In this document: one piece after another, positions 35,352-45,617 of the stretch
How positions within the stretch are numbered: the first letter of the stretch is position 1
How the letters are laid out: each line of letters starts with the position of its first letter
Assembly (NCBI RefSeq): GCF_000711695.1
Contig: NW_013547021.1
Location: 310,001-374,000, forward strand
Reading direction: 5' to 3'
DNA: 64,000 nucleotides
From: Tilletiaria anomala UBC 951
Lineage: Eukaryota
The notes under the pieces: generated by a model
Told to the model about the DNA's origin: nothing
The model's database searches: none
What the model saw: the letters and a program-made list of their open reading frames with translations, nothing else
Translations under genes and position numbers: made by a program

Positions 35352-36039
35352 TTAGTCAAACAGCCCGAATCCCATGTCGTCGTCGGACTCCTCCTTCTCC
35401 TCCTCCTTCTTCTCCTCCTTCTTCTCCTCGGCGGCAGCTGCCGGTGCGCCAGCAGCAGCAGCGCCAGCACCGACCGGGGCGGCAGCGCCACCGGCACCAA
35501 CGTTTGAGAGCAACTCCTTGACGTTCTTGCCCTCGAGCGCCTTGGCGAGCAGGTTGGCCCAGATTGGCTCGAGCTCGACCTTGGCAGCGGTGGTCAGCTG
35601 GGTGATCTTCTCACCCTGAGAGTACAACGGACGGAATATGATTGGCGAATTAGTAAGACTGGTTTGCGCGTTCTAGCATTGCGAGCACCCATGGCGACGA
35701 AAACACCCATAACTCAAGCTTCGATGCGTGACCAAACTCGATCCCATGCCATTCTCCCTCGAGGGCCTACGCCAAGATCTCGAGCCATGCAGCGAGCTTT
35801 CTTGTGTGTTAATGTCGTGCTGCTTTCCCGCAAAAGTGCGCTGCCGGCTTTTCATTGCTACTGGCATCCCTTTCGTTCTTCTCAGCCCTCTTCATTGTTC
35901 CCGCCCCCTGCCTTCCACTGAGCTCCTCCCCACTACTACCTGGGGAAGCCTTGACAACGTCGATACTCACGGTGATCTCAATCTCCTCATCTGCCAGAAT
36001 GAGGGCGGCGTAGGTAGCGGCGAGCTCTGCGGAAGCCAT
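35352..36039 (-). CDS. RPP1: 60S acidic ribosomal protein P1 (intron 35616-35970; 110 aa)
   Basis: [34 protein letters not shown], Ala-rich hinge and C-terminal [13 protein letters not shown]. Confidence 0.96.
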
Positions 36040-36599
36040 TGTGACGACGTTTGCTTGATGATGATCCTTCAAACAATTGCTGGGGATGGAATTGATGTGA
36101 CAGTAGCTCGAATTGCTACAGCGTGAGAAGTACGTTGCGAGTGACAGCACGGCGGGTCACGAAGGTGAGCTGTAGAAAGGTGCATGCAGGTGGGCGCAAG
36201 GACTGCGGCACGTGAAGCCCTTTCAGTCCGGGGGGAGTCCCGGGTTACATAGGGGCCTCTTCACGGCACCTTACATTCGAGTAGGGTTAGGTGCTAGGTC
36301 TGGTTGTTCAGAACTAAATACTTGAACTACGATCATCCGGTTTGCTCCTAGCTTACTAGTGGCATTATGCTGCTTGTGCCTTCCGCCGGTTACATGCTTT
36401 TTTGGTCACGACTCACTCCAGGACTATTGAATCTAAAGCGCCGATCGAACGTAGATAAGTTTCTCCATTCGCCTTTTGCAGGTCTCGCATCTGCGATCTG
36501 GTTGTTCGAATGGACCACATGTGCCTGTAGCAAGGGAATGCGCGTAAAAGGTGACATCTAGGCTGCACAGGCTTCACACTCTTCGAAAGCTACGGCAAC

Positions 36600-36932
36600 A
36601 TGGCGGCACAAGTAGAATCTCTGTCCTCCTCGCGGGCTATAACCGTCAGCAACCCTGACACCTCATCGAAGCATGTCTCGCCGCTGAATCCAAAGGGAAT
36701 TAAGCCGTGAGTGTTAGCCAGCGGTCGTGACGGTTCATGAAGCTGACGCGCGATTTGTGGCAACCCCTTTCTTTTCAGTTGTTGCGCTTGCCCAGAAACG
36801 AAGGCCGCGCGTGATGATTGCTTCTTCAACTTTGGCCACAGCGTCGAGGAGCACGGAGAGTCAGCGAAGAAATGCGAAGAGCTCGTGCGGCGGCATCGCG
36901 AGTGCATGGCCAGCCTCGGGTTCAAGATCTGA
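36600..36932 (+). CDS. COX17: Cytochrome c oxidase copper chaperone (intron 36707-36778; 86 aa)
   Basis: Splicing gives [16 protein letters not shown]...[19 protein letters not shown], with the CCxC copper site and twin Cx9C. Absent from the ORF track because of the intron. Confidence 0.95.
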
Positions 36933-37142
36933 GCCGGCTGTGCCCGGTCCGACCATCTTTATGATCAATTGCTCTCTCAAATGATCATGCTAAAGCTGTC
37001 ACCACTCTTGCCGTCAATCTCCAAACGAGCGTTTTCGATTTGCCCGCGACTATTTGCCTACTGATACAGCTGCCAGCATCACTATTGTACAACATGTCCA
37101 AGCATTGCAATCAACCCTCGTTCCTGTGCCCAGCTTGGTATC

Positions 37143-38373
37143 CTAGTCTAGAAGTCCGAACGCAGTTACGTTTGGATCTAATCGCAGAGGGTCAGACCAT
37201 GGTTCCGACAATAAAGCAGTTGAGGACGGTGATGCTGCAGTTGCAGGCACGCCTTGAGGCGCCTTCCAAAAAGCGTCGCCGATGATATCGACGTGCATGG
37301 TTCGGAGTTCTTTCTTGACTTTCGCAGAGGGCGACGCGTTCCAATTGGCCTTGGGCCGTACCTGGTCGTCAGAGGGGCGTGTGCTTTCGATCGCCTTCGC
37401 CTCTGCAATGGCATGGTCTCGAGTGGGAGCCTTAGGCGCCCATAGGATTGTTGTGCCCTTGCGGAACATCGGCGGCAGCTTATCATAATTGATGCCAAAA
37501 CGGGCATGCAGAATCTCGTTTTTGTCACCCGAGACGGTACCCTAGAGGAGAGCCTTGCGACATCAGCGATGAACAACTCCGAACTGCTTCGCTTTCAACA
37601 TACCTGTAGGGTCTCGTGCGCTTGTGTTTCCGTCTGGCTACCTTCTTGAATGAGTGCCCAGAATGTGGTGTTATATAGGTTGTTGATGTGGGCTGAAGGG
37701 GCAAGCATGCTCAGCTCAATGTCAGACAACAATATTTTTCGGTCAGAAATTCTCACTATCCACTTGCCGCCAGGCATAGTAATCCCGCACCTCTTGAATG
37801 CCAGGATATACCACAAGACGCCCATCGAAGGAGGGTAGCTGCAGCATCGGGTTGTCAGGAAAGTATTTGCTCCAGTTGAAGACATAGCCGGCGGTGAACA
37901 TAGAGACGATGTGGGTCACGATTTTGCTGCATGATCAACACCATCAACCGTCAGACCTGTGTGTATGGAGCATATCATTTCTGTCCTTTACATACCTTTC
38001 TCTTCGATTGTAGAGCGTGCATTGCCGTTTCAGCAGGAAGCTGTATTCGTCACTCTCGCCAAAGGCCAAAACCACCTCGCCTTTCAGCTCTTGCATCACG
38101 TGTCGCGCAGCATGGTTCATGAGCTCCAGCGCTGGAGCATCATTGGGCTTGGCAAATCCATGAGCTACAGAAAATCTGTCACATGTTCATAGCTAGTATC
38201 AGCGGGGACGGGCAGTGGATATAGCACGTGGTTAATGCAAACATTGGAGACGAAAATAATGTAACGCACTTGTGGAAGCCTTTACCGTCAATGCGTACTA
38301 CCATGAACACATTTGGAAGAATCGGGTCCGGCAGCTCGAAGCTGCGCACATACGCATACTTTGAGCCCGCCAT
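37143..38373 (-). CDS. THG1: tRNA(His) guanylyltransferase (introns 38176-38269, 37927-37995, 37693-37756, 37542-37603; ~313 aa)
   Basis: SKYAYVRSFE, VVRIDGKGFHKF, AFGESDEYSF, PSFDGR, WRQVDTHINNLYNT and KNEIL..FGINY. Confidence 0.95.
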
Positions 38374-38797
38374 GTTGCGTTTGCAAGCTACATTACCACA
38401 TGTAGCCAAGGATCTTTAGATGAATGTGTTAGTTATGGCAGCCTTCTGCAAAAGTGAGACGAGATGTGGGTCCATGTCTTGAAGTTCGATCGCTATTTTA
38501 CAACCGCGCCGTGCTTCCGCTGCTCTGGCTACGGCTCACGCGCTCACCGCTGACGGCTGCAGTGATGATGAGTCCATTGGCTGTGTGCACTGTGCATTGA
38601 CCAACCAAGGACTGCCATCGTGGCTGCGCACACCGACCCATAGCGTGCGCCATGCCATACTCTCAGTAACCGGGACCGGACCATAAACTTGCCTCAGCAG
38701 AGGGTGGGCAACCCGAGGCTTGTTTGCGAGAGGAGCTGCATTGCGGAGTTCGGCGTCCACGAGAGCGCGGCCCACATGGCACCTCAAGCCTGCCAGG

Positions 38798-40662
38798 ATG
38801 CCAAGTTCCAAGTTTCACTGCGAGCGCTGCGAGAAGGAGCTGTCACTATCTGCTTCCCTCTCCAACGCGATCAGTACATTTGACAATGCACTGTCTTCGT
38901 CAGGGTCCGGCTCTTCTCCGACGGGGAGCGCCCGTTTCGACACCAGCAGCGCACTTGTCGCTACCGGAATCACCGGCCTTCTAGGTGTCTCGACATACCA
39001 TCTCGTTCCCATTCCGCAAGGCAATAGCTGCACCGACCAGCCGAGCCTGAGTCCACGGCAGAGAGAAAAGAGCAAGGCTTTTCCTCCAGAGCGGCTGCGT
39101 GATGGTGAATCTGCAAGGGCGACAGGGGATACGTCTGGAATGGAGCAGAACCAAAGAACCCATGAAAGCGATTCCAAGCCACGGGCAAACTCCCTCACAG
39201 CAAATCTCGCAGTGCGGTTCAAGTTACTGGACCTGCTCAACTCGCACAACCCTCCAGAGCCTACTCCAGCTGTTGACCCTCCGGATCCTTGGCGAAAGGG
39301 TTCACAAAGTAGTGGTCGGGAGCACGAGGCCGAAACTGTAAACGGGAAAAGCGACGACGACGTACTTAGAAGAGCAGGTAATCGCAAGATCCATCATCCT
39401 CTTTGCAGGGAATGCACGGACCAATTGTTGGAGTTGATGGCGGCTGAGACGACCTTATTACGCAAGGAGAGGGATGCATTCCAGCATTTCGACTTGGTCA
39501 TGTCCCAGTATGAGCAACACCAGTCCGAGGTCGGAGTGGAGGATTTGGAGGAATTGAAGAAAGAGATCAAGTCGCTGAGGGACCAAGAAGAGGAAGCTCG
39601 GCGTGCGCTGTACGCAAGTGAAAAGGAGCGGGCGGAGGTTGAAAAGGAACTGGAGCAAATTGCAGAGGAAGAGAAAGCGCTCGAAGCTGAAGAGAACGAG
39701 TGAGTCCGGTCGGCTCGACGTGTACATACCCACTCGCCGATTGTTGAAGGAAGCTGTTGCTCCCTTGAGCTTCTGGGTCCGCTACAACGAAGCAAACCTA
39801 CAGCTCAACGAGCTTCAGGGAGAAGCTTCTTCTCTGGAGCAGACGATCGCGCTGGACACTGCGTTGCTCGACAGATTGCGGCGAACAAATGTGTACAATG
39901 ATGCTTTCTCGATAGGCCACGATGCCGGGTTCGCAACAATCAACGGACTGCGTCTGGGAAGAAGCAGCTCGGTGAATGTCGACTGGGCCGAGATTAATGC
40001 TGCGTGGGGGCAAGTCGTCTTGCTGCTTGACACGCTGGCTCGAAAGTGCGGCCTTCAGTTCAAAGGGTGAGCCCACGCTCGCAGATGACTGTTTTACAAG
40101 CCTGCAAATCTTAAGGATAGGCAAATTGACGTCTTGGCTTGTCTTCTCAGGTACAAACTCCATCCCAAAGGATCCTTCTCGTCCATCGAGAGGCTCAGCA
40201 CCAACTCGACCGCAAGTGGCAGCGGCAGCGCCGCCGGAAACATACGAGGAGACATTTATGAGCTGTACTACTCGAACGCCTGGTCGGTTGACACGCTCTT
40301 TTCTGGTCGAGGCAGGAGCTTCGACCGCGGCATGGAGGCGTTCATGGAATGCCTGAGGCAGATGATGGAATTCGCCAGTGCGCGGGACGACCCTCCCAGG
40401 TTTCCCCACACGTGAGTCTCCACTCCGATCGGTACGCGAGGGATAGTCTGAATGTTGACTTTTATCCCTTTCACTCGGGTGCGCATGCGTGTGTTGGTGA
40501 AGCATCAACAAGGACAAAATTGGCGAAGTGTCGATCAAGCGTAGCGGCAGCGAGGAGTCGTGGACGCGTGCACTACGACATGTGCTCTTGACCCTGAAGC
40601 TGCTAATGAGCTGGGTGGTCAATGACTCGGAAGATAGCGAAGAAACGAATCGCTCAGATTGA
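38798..40662 (+). CDS. ATG6: Beclin-1 / Atg6 / Vps30 (introns 39700-39769, 40067-40150, 40412-40502; ~539 aa)
   Basis: N-terminal [13 protein letters not shown], coiled coil, [44 protein letters not shown] and WTRALRHVL. Confidence 0.93.
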
Positions 40663-41536
40663 TTGAGCAGCTGCGAGAAAGAATATGATGTTGTATGCCT
40701 GCCTTTTGTATTCTTCCCTCCCCACGATGTGTTGGGCATAAACTACACTGACAAATACCAGTATACTCCGTTCTCTTGCACCCTGCTGGCTTTCATACAT
40801 ATGTCCTTCAACCAGTGTGGAGCGGAACCTTTTACGTGCACGACGTCAGGACGAAGGGATGACCAGTTTTAGGTTCTCGATGGCTACAAGTTGTGGCGAC
40901 GGCAAAACCGACTGAGTCAATGCCTACCACAAAACTGCGAGCAACCGGCTAAGCAGCGCGAGAAGAGAGAGAGAGAATGCAGATGCGACGGTGGATAAGG
41001 GCCCAGATGCGTTGGAGCTTTGACGGTCTGTCTCATGCAGCTGACCAGCATTTGAACATGAAGTCGGTGCGCTCGCGACGAAAATCAGTACCAACGAGAT
41101 GCGACGCGCTTGCTCGATGCTAGCGTTTGATCGACCTTATCGATCAGGCGCATATGGGCTCATGCTTCAACCACTTCGTTGCGCCTGTGTATATACATAT
41201 ATGTAGTGCGTGCACATCTCGGTCATCGAGATGAGGATGCAGCCTTGTGTACCATCCATAATCTGATGGGATGCGTGGGGATCGCAGCGACATATCTGAT
41301 GGACGATTGGGGACTGCCGCATTCCTCTTCTCGGATCCCACACTCGCAAACGAAGAGGCGGCAAGGGCGCTTGACCACAACTGCGATGTCTCCTATGTAT
41401 GACCAGAAGGTAGATTTGAGAGTGGCATTCTTAAGTGTGCGTGTGCCATCTCTGCCTTGTTTCATGCCGGGCTCGTTGCGCCCTTTGCTGTGGGCCTGGC
41501 GTCAGACTGGGCACTGGTTGCGTACGGGACGGGGAT

Positions 41537-42000
41537 ACGCGTCGCGTTACATATACTGATTGAGAACCTACTCTATACGTTCTCTCTCGTGCTAGGTGTC
41601 TGTTGGCGGCGCGTGAGCGCGTAACGAAAACGCGTCGCCCGCCCTGTGCGACTGGCGCTGCTCTGTGCTGCCGTGCCAACTGCGTGCCCTTTCTCTCCGC
41701 CAGGCGTTCGCAGGCGCGTGTATTATGTTCGCTGCTGCACTGAGAATGACCTATTTAACCTCTTTCATCCCTCTCTTTTCATCCAATCGTCCCCCTCCCC
41801 CCTTTCCCTCAATCACAAGGCCCAACCATCTATAACGCACAATACCTTGCATGCCTTGTCGTCTGACATCAATCGCATTCACAGCAGATCTCCCACCTAC
41901 TGCTGAATTCAAGTAGACGCCTCGCCATCGAGAAATCACGCCTGCTTTTCGCCTCGATCCCGCATCTCAACACGTCCACGCGTCACACATCCAGACGCGT
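41537..42000 (+). promoter_or_regulatory. MCB-box (ACGCGT) cluster upstream of RNR2
   Basis: Perfect ACGCGT at 41537, 41630, 41978 and 41995, plus CGCG half-sites. RNR genes are classic MBF targets in fungi. Confidence 0.65.
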
Positions 42001-42033
42001 ATCTTTCGCTTCTTCTCCCTCCTTCCCTCCATC

Positions 42034-43575
42034 ATGTCATCCGTCGTCGCTCAGCCGCACGATACACCTTCGAAAAAGGTCGCACACGGCCTTGCCAGCA
42101 TGGATGTCAACTCGCCCGTCAAGAAGGGCACGAAGGACATCTTTGCCAATGCATCCTTTCTCGCAGACGCAAAGTCTGCCGACATGGCCGCGACTAGCGC
42201 TAAGAAGACAGTACTCGACGTAAGCAGCAAAAAGTCCGCAGCCGATGAGACGGCCAAAATCAACGCCCTATCCTCGCACCCGCTCGATACGATGGAGAAC
42301 CGCTTTGTAGGCGAGGTAGACCTTCCAGAGGAGGAGGAGCCGCTGCTCATCGAGAGCTCGCGTCGCTTTGTCCTTTTCCCCATCCGCTTCCACGAGGTAA
42401 GTTGGCCCGCAGATCCGACTCCGACGCGTCGGGATAGCCCACTCAAGGACGCGTCAGAGGCGACACCTGCTCTTCCCTTGAGGTTATATTTGGTGGCGAT
42501 ATAGGTGAGCTTACGTATCCACTTTGCATCATGCAGATCTGGCAAATGTACAAGAAGGCAGAAGCATCCTTCTGGACCGCCGAGGAGATCGACCTCTCAA
42601 AAGACATGCACGACTGGGACAACAAGCTCAACGACAACGAGCGTCATTTCGTCTCGCACGTGCTCGCCTTTTTTGCTGCCTCGGATGGTATTGTCAACGA
42701 GAACCTTGTGGAACGATTCAGTAGCGAGGTGCAAGCTGCGGAAGCGAGATGCTTCTACGGGTTCCAGATCATGATGTGAGCACGTGCTGGCAAGCTGTTT
42801 TGCTCTGTAGCCCCGTGGATGCAAGTGCAGACCACTCACGCTTCTTCCCTTTTCTTGCGGCCTGTGCAGGGAAAACATTCACTCTGAGACTTACTCGCTG
42901 CTCATCGACACCTATATCCGCGATCCCACTGAGCGAGAGTTCCTCTTTGACGCGATCGAGACGATCCCGGTCGTCAAGCAAAAAGCAGACTGGGCGTTGC
43001 GGTGGATCTCAGACCGAAGCGCGTCCTTCTCTGAACGTCTCGTCGCATTTGCCGCCGTCGAGGGCATTTTCTTCTCTGGCTCGTTCGCGTCGATCTTCTG
43101 GCTCAAGAAGCGCGGCCTCATGCCTGGCCTGACCTTCTCCAATGAGCTGATCAGCCGCGACGAGGGGCTGCACACCGACTTTGCCTGCCTGCTCTTCAGC
43201 CACCTTAAGAAGCGGGCACACCCGGACACAGTACTCAAAATTATCACTGAGGCCGTCTCGATCGAGCAGTCGTTCCTGAGCGACGCGCTGCCCGTTGCGC
43301 TGATCGGCATGAACGCCAAGCTGATGTGCCAGTACATTGAGTTCGTCGCCGACCGCCTGCTCGTAGCGCTCGGCAACCCCAAGCACTACAACTCGATAAA
43401 CCCATTCGACTTTATGGAGAACATCTCGCTCCAAGGCAAGACCAACTTCTTCGAGAAGAAGGTCGCGGAATACGCAAAGGCCGGTGTCGCACGCAAGGAC
43501 CGCGTCGAGGGCGACAACGCCGACACGGGTGTCCAGCAAGGCGTTCACGACTTTTCCCTCGAAGAGGACTTCTGA
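42034..43575 (+). CDS. RNR2: Ribonucleoside-diphosphate reductase small (R2) subunit (introns 42397-42536, 42776-42869; ~435 aa)
   Basis: [59 protein letters not shown] and C-terminal FSLEEDF. Confidence 0.97.
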
Positions 43576-44259
43576 GCATGCGCAGCGCATACACTCCCTG
43601 CCTCTCGTTTTGTTCGAGATCACTCCGTCACGTTGCCGCCTTATACGCAGACACCCGCAGACACTACCACGACGCACCCTGTTCCGTGGATGTACAGCCT
43701 TTGTTATATAAAGATGATCCACTCCTATCACTAGCACCACCGCGAACAGTTTCACATGAACCATCTGTACTATAGTTGCTTCCTGCAAATCATCCCTCGA
43801 CGTCTATTGTCGGCAATGCCCGACGGATTTGTTGTTTCTCTGTATGCGCGTTTGGGGGGGTTGCCCAGATACCTACCGTTGAACTGTTGGCGTTATGCCT
43901 CGTTCAGTTGCATACATGGGCAGCGCGTCCGCGTTCACCAGTTCAGCGCTTTTGAGGCACATGGCTTTGACAAGGGCGAGGTGAAGTGCAATCGGATGGC
44001 ACACCATGCAATGAAGTAAAGACTTGAAATGGAAACCGAAGCGGATACGAAACTACAGCATGCGTATACAGACAATATTGTTGCGGAAGCGGGTAGAAGG
44101 ACGCTGCACTGCCCTGCACTGCATTGGTATCTGCGATTGGTACCAACGGAATGAAAGCTGTATAGCGCCCAAGACCCGACCACAAGCAGCGGCGATGCGG
44201 GTAATCCCGTTCCACAGCTTTTCGGAGCAAAAGAGGGACATCATGCGTTTGATGTATGG

Positions 44260-44296
44260 AGAAAGAAAGGAAGCAAGAAAGAAAGAAAGAAAAAAG
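44260..44296 (+). repeat. Imperfect (GAAA)n microsatellite / purine tract
   Basis: gaaagaaaggaagcaagaaagaaagaaagaaaaaag between the convergent RNR2 and expansin-like genes. Confidence 0.7.
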
Positions 44297-44599
44297 TATA
44301 AAGATCGTCCGCGGTGATGGGGAGCATATGCCGAGGGAAGCGAGATGAAACGGTATCGTGTGAATGAGCTGATCGATGCCTAGGTGGGTTCAAGCTTGTG
44401 TACCGTCTAAATGGTGTGGCGCCAGCGTCAGGGACCGAGATGCCTTGAACGGGAAGAGCCAAGAGACGGACCACCAACGACCGGCGCGGGTGACCTTGCC
44501 GAATAGGGAGAGCGCGAAGGCTGATGCAGAATGACGTCCTCACGCCCTGATGCGAGTCAATCACTACAAGGGTCGTGGGGACGGTCGAGCAAAAACTGC

Positions 44600-45617
44600 T
44601 TAGTGCGCCTGCTGGGCCATTTTACCGTATGCGTCGAGAATGTTGTTGAGGTACATGATGTTCTTGTCTGCCTTGCGATAGCTCTCCGCGGCCGCGGCGG
44701 CAGAGCGCGACGCGGACGCCTCGCTCTCTGACTTGGACTTGGCGACCGACGCACGTGACTTGGACGCCAAGACGGACAAGCGCGACGCAGCGGCGCTGAC
44801 GGACGAGCGCGATGCAGCGGCACTGGCAGATGCGCGCGACTTGGACGCCAAGAGAGACGAGCGTGAGGCAGCGGCGCTCGCAGAGGCGCGCGAGGCAGCA
44901 GCGCTGGCGCGCGAGGCAGCGTCGTCGGACGAGCTCGATGAGGTTGATTCTTTCCGGTTGCCGTCGTTGCCGCTAATGGCGTGCACGACGTTTTTGACGA
45001 CGTCCCCGCCGTACGTCCAGGATATGGGCATCTTGCCGACACTCTGAGGAGCAAAAAAGTCGAAAAGCGCCGGCGACATGTCCAAGTCGCATGCACTGCC
45101 GCAGTTTCCGCCGCCTAATCAAGGAGGTAAGGGAGATTGCACGATCAGCTCCTTCCTCTTTGCTAACGCGCGAGAGACAGGGGAAAGAAGTGTACCTACC
45201 AGTCGGGCAGGCATCGACAATCCTAGCTGTGTGCGACTTGCCGTTGGCCGTGATGGTGATTACACTGTTGCAGCCAGAAAACCTCTGGTTGAGGTTGCCC
45301 CAGGCAGGCTGGGCAAGTGCGACAGTGTAGGCGTTGTTGCTGAGCATCGAGCCGCAGGCGCCTGCGTTGCCCGTCTCGGTGTTGTACCACGTCCCATGGC
45401 CCGAGCACTCGCCGCCGCGCTTGAAGAGCTGCAGCATCCCTGCGACGTCCGTCACATTTTTCACGGCGGACATAGAGGCGCGCTCGGCGAGCTTGGCGTG
45501 GTGCCTGCGTGCCGCGTCCAGGCCTTGGGCGGGAGAAGCATGCTTGCTGGACGAGAGGCTGGCCTCCGACAGCGAGATGCTGACGGCAAGCAGCGTGAGT
45601 GCTGCTGTGATCTTCAT
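44600..45617 (-). CDS. Secreted expansin-like / RlpA double-psi beta-barrel protein with a Ser/Ala-rich repeat tail (intron 45115-45199; ~310 aa)
   Basis: Signal peptide MKITAALTLLAVSISLSEA, Kex2-like KR, GHGTWY..GNAGACG, TARIVDACPT and LDMSPALF. The tail carries ASRASASAAASRSS repeats. Confidence 0.88.

Noticed and set aside
42501..42536. Internal TAG|GTGAGC in RNR2 intron 1 suggesting recursive splicing
   Set aside because: The remaining piece would be only 32 nt and overlaps the branch point (CTTAC), too short to be spliced separately.
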